Notes: generated from the letters alone by a model not told the origin. Shown: positions 48,590 to 58,204, numbered from the stretch's first letter. The stretch is 64,000 nucleotides of DNA from Acidimicrobiia bacterium (GCA_965214265.1 CBDCBK010000010.1:678230-742229); one strand, 5' to 3'. Numbers and translations are program-made.

Positions 48590-49294
48590 ATGGTGGTCAC
48601 AGCTACGAATATCTCAATCCTTGAACGCCCAACCTACGGGATTTCAGAAGCCGCCAAGCACTTGGGCATCCGCCGTGACCGTGTTCGCGCTTGGCTTGAT
48701 GGCTACATACGGCGGGGCAAGGCATATCCGCCGGTAATCCGCCCACAGGCCACAGGCGAAGACACGGTGACTTGGGGAGAGTTCGTCGAACTCGGTTATC
48801 TCCGCGAGTACCGTCGCAAAGGAGTGTCGCTCCAGTATCTGCGTCCGGTCATAGACGAGTTGCGTAACGTGTTCGAACTGCCCTATCCGCTGGCGACAAA
48901 GAACCTGTACCTCAATGGCCACGAGATAGTTTGGAAGCTGCAGGTTGAAAACAATCTGCCTTCCGCTCTTGCCATGGTGGTGCGGTCGGGACAAATGATG
49001 ATGCTGGCTGACGAGGCTAGCAGTTTCTTCAACAAAATTGAGTTTGATCCCAATGGCGATGCCTTAGGCGAGGCTTGCCGCATATACCCGGGAGGCGTGG
49101 ATGCGTATGTGAGCATCGACCCACTGGTGTGCTTTGGCCGCCCGGCCATTGGAGGCGTGGCCACTGAGCGACTTTGGGAACTACGAGTAGCTGGAGAAGA
49201 GGTGAGCGGGATCGCAGCAGACTATGAAATGCAGGAGTACCTGGTGAGGGCAGGCGTTGCCTTCGAGGAGATGCAAAGGGTCTTAGCGGCATAG
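48590..49294 (+). CDS. DUF433-domain protein with N-terminal HTH-like extension (antitoxin-like partner of DUF5615)
   Basis: The C-terminal 'CFGRPAIGGVATERLWELRVAGEEVSGIAADYEMQEYLVRAGVAFEE' fits DUF433. Confidence 0.55.
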   Translation: MVVTATNISILERPTYGISEAAKHLGIRRDRVRAWLDGYIRRGKAYPPVIRPQATGEDTVTWGEFVELGYLREYRRKGVSLQYLRPVIDELRNVFELPYPLATKNLYLNGHEIVWKLQVENNLPSALAMVVRSGQMMMLADEASSFFNKIEFDPNGDALGEACRIYPGGVDAYVSIDPLVCFGRPAIGGVATERLWELRVAGEEVSGIAADYEMQEYLVRAGVAFEEMQRVLAA

Positions 49295-49303
49295 CCAGCG
49301 CCT

Positions 49304-49708
49304 ATGCCACACCGGTACTTCGCAGACGAGACAGACTTAGGACTCGGTAAGCGACTGGACGACTTCCTGCCGGGAGAGGTTGTTTATCCCGGTCATCCTG
49401 ACCTTCCAGAGATTCCTCGAGGGTGCCCGGACGACAGATGGTTAGAATTCGTAAGCCGTCGTCGACTTGTTGTGATCACTCGTGACAAACGTATACGAAC
49501 GCGGCCTGTACAAAAAGCAAAGTGGATCTCTTACAAGACGCGGGGCTTCGTATTGACCGGGAGAAAGAACCAAACAAGCACCGCAAGTCTCCTAACCCTC
49601 AAGAAGCACTGGACATCGATCCTCGAGCAGATACAAAACGAGCCTGATGGTCCATGGATGTTCGCAGTGACCGAGGCAGGCGGACTCCGAAGAGTGCCCT
49701 TGGAATAA
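49304..49708 (+). CDS. DUF5615 (Mut7-C/PIN-like RNase) family protein, toxin-like partner
   Basis: 'RYFADETDLGLGKRL...RRRLVVITRDKRI' fits DUF5615. It lies 10 nt downstream of the DUF433 gene. Confidence 0.55.
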   Translation: MPHRYFADETDLGLGKRLDDFLPGEVVYPGHPDLPEIPRGCPDDRWLEFVSRRRLVVITRDKRIRTRPVQKAKWISYKTRGFVLTGRKNQTSTASLLTLKKHWTSILEQIQNEPDGPWMFAVTEAGGLRRVPLE

Positions 49709-49956
49709 GGACGGGGATTCTGAGGTGGATTGTCAGTAGGCACTTCCCACTTGCATTGTTAGTCGCTTGGCCACTGCCTGTGTTTCCTGTCGGCCCCCAA
49801 CTCCAAACCTTCGTCCCCGCTTCTCCCGTCTTCCAGAAAAAAAAATGGGCTTCTCCCGAAGCTTCCCTACACAATTGACGTCCCAAGAACTCCAGGTTCC
49901 CGCGGCGCGCGCAATGCTGGGACTCGTGCATCCTGCCCCGGCCCGGGTCGGTGTGG

Positions 49957-50052
49957 TGGTGGGGTGGGCTGTTAGCTACCACCTCTGACCTGCGCCTTAG
50001 AAAAGGGCTCGCAGAGGGTTCCACATTTGAAGGGGGTGGGGCTCCACATTTC
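49957..50052 (+). repeat. R3: third copy of the ~90-nt repeat-family element
   Basis: 'ggtgggctgttagctaccacctctgacctgcgcc...gggttccacatttgaagggggtggggctccacattt'. Confidence 0.7.
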
Positions 50053-50316
50053 AGCAGAGTAGGTGTGGTTGGGTTTCCCGACGGGGGGGTGAAGTCGTCG
50101 ATGCAGGAAAATCCGAAGGTCTCGGCAAAGAAACCTTCCTCCTGGAGTTCTAGCACTAAGAGGCGGGTGCGACAGACTATCTCTTGTAGTGATTCTTCAA
50201 GAGTGGCCTGCGTTGCCATGCGGCGTTGGGAATAGTAGACGCGTGGGGGCGGATCCTGGGGCACTGTCGGGGCGGCATCGGCGAGTTCGGCGAGCCACTC
50301 CAAGGAGTATGTCAAA

Positions 50317-51588
50317 ATGGATCCTCATATCGGGCGTAGGTGCTGGTATCTGGCGGATTCTTCACGCTACGAACGAAGTCCTCCGCTGGTACCCCTGACT
50401 GAACGCCTGACGCGCCGAGCCGGTTGTTCGGCGGTTCGTAGATGGCCGGGCTCCCAGCATAGGCTAGAGGCACTAATGACCTGTCAGGGCTCTTCCGTAT
50501 CCGTTGCGCGCCAACCGGGGCGGTACGCGCCGGTGAGGTGGCAACTAGGCGCGGTGTTGTTGGCCTCCCTGTTCCCCATATTCGTTGAGGTCATGCCCCA
50601 TGAGGACGCTTTTCTGTTGTCGGGAATGATTTTCGTGGGCAACTCCGCGGGTGTCGCGTTGAATCTGGCCCTTTTCCACAAGAACCTGGTGGCCGACAGG
50701 ACCGTTCTGCGGTTGCTGCTCCGCAGGGCCGCCCCTTGGCGGATCGGACGGGGCGAGGGCACGGCCGACCGGGAACGCCAGATGTTGCTGTCCCGCTTGA
50801 GCTTGGTGTGTATCTGCGCTCAGATCAGCATGATCCCTTATGTGTTGTCCACCAACTATGTGGATACTGCCGTCACCGCCATACTGAATGCCGCTGCGCC
50901 GATTCTCTTTGTGGTGCTGTTGTCAAGACAGGATCGTACCGTGGGCAGATACCGCAAACTGACCGCGGGTACCTTTGGGGTGCTGTTGCTTGCTTTCGCG
51001 GGTCTGACGTTGGTCGTGCTGGGAACGACCGACCTGGCCTCCTCTACTCGGCCTGCACCTCTCGGAGGTTTGGTTATCGGATTGCTCCTGGCGTTGCTGG
51101 CCCCCGTGTTGATATCGTTCAGTGCCAGGGCATTCCGATGGGGATCCGAGATGGCCTCCGATCTGTGCACCATGGGCCATGCATCAGCCACTGACCGGCA
51201 GCGAACCGAGTCGGCGTGCGTGCTGTTGGCGATTGGGGTGGGCAGCCTCGGCGCGTCGGTGCCCACACTCGTGATCGCTCTCGGCACGGGAGAGCGCATG
51301 GGCATTCTGCCTCTTGCCGCCGCATTTGCTTACGGGCTGATAGTGCAATGTGGCACCGCCGTATGTCACCGCACTGCGATGCTCCGCACCAGATCGCTGT
51401 CCATCAGCGCCCTCTCCTATGCCACTCCCCTTTTCGGCCTGCTGTGGTTGTGGGTGTTCTCGGACATACAAGTGGCGAACATCGACTATGTGCTGATAGG
51501 TGCCGTGGGGATTGTCACGGCGAACCTGTTGCTGGCCAGAGTCATTCCCTCCAGGAGTTCCCCAAGGGCATGTTCCTCCTCCCGATAG
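50317..51588 (+). CDS. DMT-superfamily (EamA-like) membrane transporter; start uncertain
   Basis: About 10 TM helices. The C-terminal 'LSYATPLFGLLWLWVF' is an EamA-like signature. A plausible internal start lies near 50472. Confidence 0.5.
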   Translation: MDPHIGRRCWYLADSSRYERSPPLVPLTERLTRRAGCSAVRRWPGSQHRLEALMTCQGSSVSVARQPGRYAPVRWQLGAVLLASLFPIFVEVMPHEDAFLLSGMIFVGNSAGVALNLALFHKNLVADRTVLRLLLRRAAPWRIGRGEGTADRERQMLLSRLSLVCICAQISMIPYVLSTNYVDTAVTAILNAAAPILFVVLLSRQDRTVGRYRKLTAGTFGVLLLAFAGLTLVVLGTTDLASSTRPAPLGGLVIGLLLALLAPVLISFSARAFRWGSEMASDLCTMGHASATDRQRTESACVLLAIGVGSLGASVPTLVIALGTGERMGILPLAAAFAYGLIVQCGTAVCHRTAMLRTRSLSISALSYATPLFGLLWLWVFSDIQVANIDYVLIGAVGIVTANLLLARVIPSRSSPRACSSSR

Positions 51589-51800
51589 TAGGTCCCCATG
51601 AAGGTTGGTTCGGAACTCGCCACCCCCGGGTCATTGGTCCGGCCCCGGCCGACTGCGCTACCCAGACGACGTTCTCAACCGGCGATGATCCTCTAGCCTG
51701 TACCATCCCCACCGCTCCCCTGAACCGACAGTAACCCCTACTGTCGGCCACGCCGGTCCGAGAAAGCAGGCCCTTCCCCCAAGCCGCCGGATCACGGCTG

Positions 51801-51908
51801 CTGACCAGCCTAAAACACCCTCCAAAACGGTCGCGAACCCCTAAAACCAGGGAAATCCAAGGAGAATCGGCGCGTCTGCCGCTAAGTGGCTAACAGTCGA
51901 TGGTGGGC
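51801..51908 (+). repeat. DR2: native copy of the flank repeat immediately adjoining the tRNA-Leu 3' end
   Basis: See DR1. Confidence 0.7.
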
Positions 51909-51989
51909 GAGGGGGGACTTGAACCCCCACGGGTGTTAAAGCCCACAGGATCCTGAATCCTGCGCGTCTGCCAATTTCGCCACTCGCCC
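51901..51989 (-). tRNA. tRNA-Leu (anticodon CAG), CCA encoded
   Basis: Reverse complement: acceptor GGGCGAG, anticodon stem CAGGA/TCCTG with loop TTCAGGA, long variable arm, T-arm GGGGG-TTCAAGT-CCCCC, then ACCA. Confidence 0.85.
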
Positions 51990-52124
51990 CCGGGGGGTGC
52001 CCATTGTACCTCATCGCAAACGGGGCTGGAGAAAAATAATGGGAAATAGTGTGGGCGCTAGAGGCCGGGGCCGACATACACTAAACAACATGTATGGTGG
52101 AGACCCGTCGGGGAGGGTCCATCC

Positions 52125-52538
52125 GTGACCGATTTTGTGTTTACGGCGCTTCGGTTGATTTTTCTGGCATTGATCTACCTGTTCGTATGGTATGTCGCCA
52201 AGGGTCTCACCGATCACTTGGGGCTGGGGTTTTCTCTCCGTGCTTCTCGGCGCGGGTCCAGGCTGGTGTTCATCCGCTCGGAGTCTCAAGCCGGTATGCA
52301 TTTCACCGTAGCCGACTCGGTGGTGTTGGGAAAGAGCCCCGAGGCCGATATCCCGATAGACGACCCTTATGCATCGGAGTTTCATCTTCGTATAAGCCGT
52401 CGTCAGGGAAAGTTGTCAGCCAGCGACCTGGGAAGCGACAACGGTACCTATCTCAATGGCCGTAGGCTGCGGACCCCGGTCGACCTGGCTCGCGGAGATG
52501 CTTTGCAGGTGGGTCGAACGGTCCTGGAGGTTCGATGA
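52125..52538 (+). CDS. fhaB: FHA-domain membrane protein FhaB/FipA-like
   Basis: N-terminal TM then FHA core 'VVLGKSPEADIPIDDPYASEFHLRI...SDNGTYLNGRRL'. Confidence 0.8.
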   Translation: MTDFVFTALRLIFLALIYLFVWYVAKGLTDHLGLGFSLRASRRGSRLVFIRSESQAGMHFTVADSVVLGKSPEADIPIDDPYASEFHLRISRRQGKLSASDLGSDNGTYLNGRRLRTPVDLARGDALQVGRTVLEVR

Positions 52539-53236
52539 TTTGTACATGGGCAGCCGCCACCCATTTGGGATTCGGCCCCGAAATCAATCAGGATCGCATG
52601 CATCCCGCCGGATCGGGCAGATCTTCGGAGCCGGCGGTGATCATGGTGGCGGACGGATTGGGAGGAGAAAAATTCGGGCATGTCTCCGCGGAGTTGGCGG
52701 TTACCACCGCCCGGGCCGCGACCGGATCGCCCGCCGATCGGGTAAGGGCCGCAAATGAGGCCATTTTGGAGTTGGTTAGGCACGAGCCCCGTTGGGAAGG
52801 CACCTACACCACGCTCACCTTGGTGGAGTTCACCGGTGGGATGGCCCGGGTGGCGCATGTTGGGGATACCCGGGCCTATTTGTACCGGCAGGGTCGGATC
52901 ATGGAGTTAACCAACGACCACACCGTTGCCTGGCAGTGGGTACAGAGGGGAATGGATCCGATCAGAGCTCAGAATCTCCCCAGCTCGGGGAGCCTGGTGA
53001 GGGTACTCGGTTTTGACACCGGGCTGGAGGTGGAAGAGACGAAGATGTCTCTCAAGGACGGCGACCGGTGGGTGGTCTGTTCCGACGGGCTGTACAGGAT
53101 GCTGTCGGACCAAGATTTGAGGAGAGTGCTGGAGAGCGGTGACGCCGAGGAGTGTGTATGGGGTTTGGTGGAGATCGCACTGGGCAGAGGCGCCTCGGAC
53201 AACGTCACGGTAGTGCTGACTGACATCTCGTCATGA
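52535..53236 (+). CDS. pstP: PP2C-family Ser/Thr phosphatase (PstP catalytic domain only, 233 aa)
   Basis: 'VADGLGG', 'VGDTRAYL' and 'CSDGLY...ASDNVTVVL' metal-binding motifs. Confidence 0.8.
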   Translation: MICTWAAATHLGFGPEINQDRMHPAGSGRSSEPAVIMVADGLGGEKFGHVSAELAVTTARAATGSPADRVRAANEAILELVRHEPRWEGTYTTLTLVEFTGGMARVAHVGDTRAYLYRQGRIMELTNDHTVAWQWVQRGMDPIRAQNLPSSGSLVRVLGFDTGLEVEETKMSLKDGDRWVVCSDGLYRMLSDQDLRRVLESGDAEECVWGLVEIALGRGASDNVTVVLTDISS

Positions 53237-54504
53237 GACGGATCAGCGAAGCGGCCCTGTTGGCCGGTTCGGCAGCGGTCGCCGGCTTGGGTGCGGCGTT
53301 GGTCGACTTCGGAAAGACCGGGCAAATAAGTTGGGCGGCCGCGGTGGTTTTCCTGGTTTTTGGGTGTTGTCTGGCCGCGCTGGTGGTAGCGGTGCGCCGT
53401 TGGGCACCGGGCGCCACCTCGTTTCTGGTCTCGCCCGCCGCCTTGCTCATTGCCCTGGGACTGGTGGAGATCTATCGCATTGATCCCATCGGAGCGCCCA
53501 TCCAACTGTGGTGGGTTGTGGCGGGCGTCGTGGCCGCCATCGGCGTCCTGGTGGTGTTCCGCTCGGGGATGGGAAGGCTGATGTCGGTTGGCTACTGGCT
53601 TGCCGTCGGCGGGTTGTGTCTGATCGTCTTGCCTTTCCTGCCTCGGCTGCTGGGCGGCGGTTCTGAGGCCCGGGCCGGGCTCTGGTTGACCATCGGGTGG
53701 GGGCGCGTCTCTTTTTTGGCCCAGCCTTTTGGATTGGGTGCGGTGCTGTTGGCGGTTGGTCTGGCCGGCATCCACTCGCGGTGGGCTTTGAATCCGCCCT
53801 CTGCGGGGGCCGACACCCGGTTGGCCTCCGTCAGGAATCTCTTGTTGATGGCGGCGGTGTGGGTGGCTACGTTGCCGCTGCTCTGGGCGACGGGCGACCT
53901 CACCGCCTGGGCGATGCTGGTGGTTCTCTCGGCGAGCATCGCCTACATGGCGACCGGCGCGGGTCGGGTTATCTGGACGGGTTTGGCGCTCTTGGGAGTC
54001 GGCGTCGCTTTGGGGTTGACTTCTTCCCGGGTTCGGGAGACCCTGGGGATTTGGCTGGATCCGTTCGGCGCTGGTGAAGCGGGCGCCGGGTTGAAAGAGA
54101 GTCTGCTGGCGTTGGGAAGCGGACATTTGTCAGGTTCCGGATTGGGGATGGGTGATCCCGAGTTGGTTCCTCACGCCACCAGCGACTGGATCCTGGCCGC
54201 CTTGGGTGAGGAACTGGGATTGGCGGGAACGGTGGCGGTGATAGTGCTCTACGCATTGGTGGCTGCGACGGGAATAGGAGTGGCGATCGGTTCCCGTGAT
54301 CTCTTCTGCAAACTGGCCGCCGCGGCGCTCTCGGTTCTGTTGGGCCTGATGTTTTTGGCCAGCGCCGGGGGATTGGAGCGTCTGCTGCCGCCCACCGGGA
54401 TGGGTTTGCCGTTCCTGGCCTACGGGGGCATCCCCCTCGTGGCGGGCTGGTTGGCGACGGCGCTGTTGCTGAGGGTCAGCCATGAGGAGCGTGGGTCGCT
54501 GTGA
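53233..54504 (+). CDS. rodA: FtsW/RodA/SpoVE-family peptidoglycan glycosyltransferase (RodA-like)
   Basis: 423 aa polytopic protein in the conserved position between pstP and pbpA. Confidence 0.8.
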   Translation: MRRISEAALLAGSAAVAGLGAALVDFGKTGQISWAAAVVFLVFGCCLAALVVAVRRWAPGATSFLVSPAALLIALGLVEIYRIDPIGAPIQLWWVVAGVVAAIGVLVVFRSGMGRLMSVGYWLAVGGLCLIVLPFLPRLLGGGSEARAGLWLTIGWGRVSFLAQPFGLGAVLLAVGLAGIHSRWALNPPSAGADTRLASVRNLLLMAAVWVATLPLLWATGDLTAWAMLVVLSASIAYMATGAGRVIWTGLALLGVGVALGLTSSRVRETLGIWLDPFGAGEAGAGLKESLLALGSGHLSGSGLGMGDPELVPHATSDWILAALGEELGLAGTVAVIVLYALVAATGIGVAIGSRDLFCKLAAAALSVLLGLMFLASAGGLERLLPPTGMGLPFLAYGGIPLVAGWLATALLLRVSHEERGSL

Positions 54505-55871
54505 ATCGCCCTATCCGCCGGGTTGCCCTGTTTCTGATGGTCGGGATGCTCGTGTTGGTGGTGGGGGCGACCTGGCACCAAATGGTGGCCGCTGATCGCT
54601 ACCGGGACCATCCCGACAATCGACGGATTGCCCTTCTTCAGGCTGGAAAAGAACGAGGGATGATCAGCACTGTGGGGGGCACGGTTTTGGCTTTTTCCTC
54701 CCAGGATCCCGATAGCTTCCGTTCCTATAACAGGAAGTATCCGGCGGGGGAGGCCTTTAGCTCAGTGGTGGGAACGGAAGCCTCGCCGGGTGGATTGGAG
54801 GAGATATATGCCGACGAGTTGCGTTCCCGTCGTGATCTCAGTGTCTCGGACCTGATGGCGGCCCTGTTCGGTGAGGATCTTCGTCCGCGGGGACTGCAGA
54901 TAACCATAGACGCCGACCTCCAGCAAAGGGCTTATGAAATTCTGGCCCGCCGTCGGGGTGCGGTGGCGGCTGTTCGTCCCGACACCGGCGAGGTGCTGGC
55001 GCTGGTTTCCTCATCGGGGTCTCCGGTGACGGAGAGGGCTGCCGACGCCCTCTATCCATTGGGTTCGGTGTTCAAGATCGTCAGCGCCGCAGCCGGGATC
55101 GATACGGAGACCGCCGGCATCGAGAGCTTGTTCGAGGACCGCGCCGTATGGCAGATCCCGGAGGTCTCTTTGACCGTCGCTAACCCCGGGAATGTTCCCT
55201 GTGGGGAATCGTCGCAGGTCAGCTTGCTCACCTCATTCGTGCTGTCTTGTGACTTGGCCTTCGCCGAACTGGCTTTGGAAATGGGTTCGGAGATCCTCGA
55301 GTCCTATGCTGCCGCTTTCGGATTCGGGGCGGCGATGGAGTTTCCCCTGCAGACTCCGATCCCGGTCTTCGGAGCGGAGAGATCCTCCGATCCCGGTCTG
55401 CTGGCTTCCGCCGGAACAGGCCGACTGGCTTTTTCTTCCCCCCTCCACATGGCTTCGCTAGCTGCGGTGGTAGCCAACGGCGGGCGGATGGCCCCACCGC
55501 ATCTGGTGGCGAGTTGGACAGACGCAGACGGTGAGGTCATCGAGAGGGTGGTTGCTCCTCCGGAGAGGCGGGTGGTCGCCGCGGAGACCGCGGCCGAGCT
55601 GGCCCGCATGATGGAACGGGTGATCACCGAAGGCACGGGTCAGGAAGCCACGGTGGCGGGGTACCGGGTGGCCGGCAAGACCGGCACCGGACGGGATTCG
55701 GATGGGCGAAATCACGCCTGGTTCGTGGGATTCGCCCCGGTGGATTCTCCCACCATCGCCTTGGCGGTGATGATCGAGCCGGGCGGGGAGTTCGGAGAGT
55801 CGGTGACCGGAGGCACCGCCGCGGCGCCGGTCGCCTCGGAGTTGCTTTCCTATTGGCTGCAGCGAAACTAG
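54501..55871 (+). CDS. pbpA: penicillin-binding protein (class B transpeptidase, PbpA-like)
   Basis: Transpeptidase motifs 'SVFK', 'SCD' and 'KTGTG'. Confidence 0.8.
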   Translation: MNRPIRRVALFLMVGMLVLVVGATWHQMVAADRYRDHPDNRRIALLQAGKERGMISTVGGTVLAFSSQDPDSFRSYNRKYPAGEAFSSVVGTEASPGGLEEIYADELRSRRDLSVSDLMAALFGEDLRPRGLQITIDADLQQRAYEILARRRGAVAAVRPDTGEVLALVSSSGSPVTERAADALYPLGSVFKIVSAAAGIDTETAGIESLFEDRAVWQIPEVSLTVANPGNVPCGESSQVSLLTSFVLSCDLAFAELALEMGSEILESYAAAFGFGAAMEFPLQTPIPVFGAERSSDPGLLASAGTGRLAFSSPLHMASLAAVVANGGRMAPPHLVASWTDADGEVIERVVAPPERRVVAAETAAELARMMERVITEGTGQEATVAGYRVAGKTGTGRDSDGRNHAWFVGFAPVDSPTIALAVMIEPGGEFGESVTGGTAAAPVASELLSYWLQRN

Positions 55872-55939
55872 CCCAGAAGCCTCGGAACGGGCGAAACGAC
55901 GCCTGTTAAGCCTGACTGGTTTCTATTATCGGCTAGGAG

Positions 55940-58204
55940 ATGGAACTCCCCTACACCATGGCCGATCGTTACCGATTGGTGAGTCATTTGGCCAAAGGGG
56001 GCATGTCGGATGTCTACCTGGCGGTGGATGTTGCCCTGGGGAGACGGGTGGCTGTCAAACTTCTTCCCAAATCGCACAGCGAAGACGAATCTTTCGTGCG
56101 ACGATTTCGCCGCGAAGCTCAATCCGCCGCCAATCTGAACCATCCCAACATCGTGGGCATTTACGACTGGGGAGAGGCGGAAGGGTCGTACTACATGGTG
56201 ATGGAACTGGTGGAGGGGGACAGTCTGAGTGATCTCATCCGCGAGGGAAGACCTATTTCTCCCCGGCGGGCGGTGGAGATAGCCCGCCAAGTGGTCCTGG
56301 CCCTGGCCACAGCGCACCGTTTGGGGGTGATCCACCGGGATGTGAAGCCGGGAAACATCATGCTCACCACCGACGGGACGGTGAAGGTCGCCGATTTCGG
56401 GATCGCCCGGGCATGGAATCACTCCACCGACTTGACTCAAACCGGCTCGATCATCGGGACCGCCACCTACTTCAGTCCTGAACAGGCTCAAGGTCGCTCT
56501 GCCGATCGACGCTCCGACATCTACTCGTTGGGGGTGGTTCTTTACGAGATGTTGGTGGGCCGACCTCCTTTTCAGGGCGAGACTCCCATGGCCGTCGCCT
56601 ATCAGCATGTCTCCACAACAGTCCCTCCTCCTTCCTCCCGGAACCGTGAGATCCCTCCCGAGCTAGACACCATCGTGCTGCGGGCCCTCGCCAAAGACCC
56701 CGATAGCCGCTACCAGGATACCGAGCTGTTCCTCGGGGATTTGGAGGCATGGCTGAGGGGAGAGAGGATTCCCACGGGCGCGCCCTCTCAACCATCGGTG
56801 ACTCCGAAGCAGGAGCAGGTGATGGTGCGCCAGCCCATTGCCGTGTCTCGAGTGGGCGGGCGCGGGGCTCCCAGGGGAGGGAGGGTAATTCCCCAGAGCT
56901 ATTACCCGCACATGCAGGAGCGCCGTTCGGTGCCCCTGCCCTTCGTGGTGGGGGTATTGGTGCTTCTGGCCGCCTTGGCCGGTTTGAGTTGGGTGGTCTG
57001 GTCCCTGCTCCAGGCGCCGGAGCCGACGCCCGACGCGGTGGTTGTCGCCATCCCCGATGTGGTGGGAAGATGGGAGACCGACGCCTTTTCCTCCATACAG
57101 GAATCGGGGCTTATCGTTCGGGTCGTCCGCCAGAATAGCCAGGAGATGCCCGAAGGAAGGGTGATCGCCACCAACCCCGCGGCGGGGGAGCGGGTGGAGT
57201 CTCGCACCGAGGTGGAAGTGGTCGTCTCCAGCGGCCTGGAGAAGTTTGCCGTTCCCTTGGTGATCGGCCAAACCCAGGGCACGGCTGAAAACCTCATCCT
57301 GGCACAGGGATTAGCGGTGGGTCAGATCGAATTCGTCGAGGACAGCGGTTTCCAGGTGGGGACGGTCATCGACCAGGATCCCCTGCCGGGGCCGCTTTTG
57401 CCATCAGGAACTCCGATCGACCTGGTGGTGGCGACTGGCCCCGGATTGCTGGTGGTCCCCGATGTGGCGGGGCTGCCCGGCAGTGAGGCTCTCTCGGTTC
57501 TGGCGCAGTCGGGTCTCAGGTGGGCCGAGACAACTGAGATTTCCGATACGGTGGCGGTGGGCGATGTGATCAGGACCGAACCGGGCGCAGGTGGGGGTAT
57601 TACCGCTATCGAGCAGGTGGTGGTGGTGATCTCCGAGGGCCCGGAACTGCTGGTGATTCCTGACGTGGTGGGGCTGTCAAGTAGTGAGGCTCTCTCGGTT
57701 CTGGCGCAGTCGGGTCTGAGGTGGGCCGAGACAACTGAGATTTCCGATACGGTGGCGGTGGGCGATGTGATCAGGACCGAACCGGGCGCAGGTGGGGGTA
57801 TTACCGCTATCGAGCAGGTGGTGGTGGTGATCTCGAGTGGCGTCGCGTTGCCGGTCGTGCCGGATGTGGTGGGGTTGCCCAGCAGTGAGGCGCTCTCGGT
57901 CTTGGCGGATCTGGGCTTGGATTGGGTGGAGGTGGTCGAGGCTTCCGATACGGTCGTGGTGGGTGGGGTGATCAGGACCGAGCCGGGGGCGGGTGAGCAA
58001 GTGGAGGAGGGCAGCCAGGTGGTCGTGGTGATCTCCGAAGGCCCCGAGATCACCACGACAATCGAGACCACCACGACAATCGAGACCACCACGACAATCG
58101 AGACCACCACGACAATCGAGACCACCGCTCCGGAGGGAACAGGGACCACCGTTCCGGAAGAGACGGAGACGCCCGACGACACCACGACAACCACGGCAGG
58201 TTGA
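55940..58204 (+). CDS. pknB: Ser/Thr protein kinase PknB with five PASTA domains and C-terminal (TTTTIE)n tail
   Basis: Kinase subdomains ('GGMSDVYLAVD', 'HRDVKPGNIM', 'DFGIA', 'GTATYFSPEQ') and a TM near aa 335-360. Five PASTA repeats follow; the third and fourth are identical. Confidence 0.9.
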   Translation: MELPYTMADRYRLVSHLAKGGMSDVYLAVDVALGRRVAVKLLPKSHSEDESFVRRFRREAQSAANLNHPNIVGIYDWGEAEGSYYMVMELVEGDSLSDLIREGRPISPRRAVEIARQVVLALATAHRLGVIHRDVKPGNIMLTTDGTVKVADFGIARAWNHSTDLTQTGSIIGTATYFSPEQAQGRSADRRSDIYSLGVVLYEMLVGRPPFQGETPMAVAYQHVSTTVPPPSSRNREIPPELDTIVLRALAKDPDSRYQDTELFLGDLEAWLRGERIPTGAPSQPSVTPKQEQVMVRQPIAVSRVGGRGAPRGGRVIPQSYYPHMQERRSVPLPFVVGVLVLLAALAGLSWVVWSLLQAPEPTPDAVVVAIPDVVGRWETDAFSSIQESGLIVRVVRQNSQEMPEGRVIATNPAAGERVESRTEVEVVVSSGLEKFAVPLVIGQTQGTAENLILAQGLAVGQIEFVEDSGFQVGTVIDQDPLPGPLLPSGTPIDLVVATGPGLLVVPDVAGLPGSEALSVLAQSGLRWAETTEISDTVAVGDVIRTEPGAGGGITAIEQVVVVISEGPELLVIPDVVGLSSSEALSVLAQSGLRWAETTEISDTVAVGDVIRTEPGAGGGITAIEQVVVVISSGVALPVVPDVVGLPSSEALSVLADLGLDWVEVVEASDTVVVGGVIRTEPGAGEQVEEGSQVVVVISEGPEITTTIETTTTIETTTTIETTTTIETTAPEGTGTTVPEETETPDDTTTTTAG
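57483..57835 (+). repeat. exact tandem duplication of a 201-bp PASTA-domain unit within pknB
   Basis: 152-nt blocks at 57483-57634 and 57684-57835 differ by 1 nt. Confidence 0.85.
58049..58131 (+). repeat. 18-nt tandem repeat x4 (accaccacgacaatcgag) encoding TTTTIE
   Basis: Direct reading. Confidence 0.9.

Noticed and set aside
49599-50315. 238-aa minus ORF
   Set aside because: Its C-terminal two-thirds reads through repeat R3 and adjacent noncoding DNA; only the first ~80 aa (50075-50315) could be a genuine small gene.
52969-54126. 385-aa minus ORF
   Set aside because: It is antisense to rodA and has an Arg/Pro/Gln-rich artefact composition.
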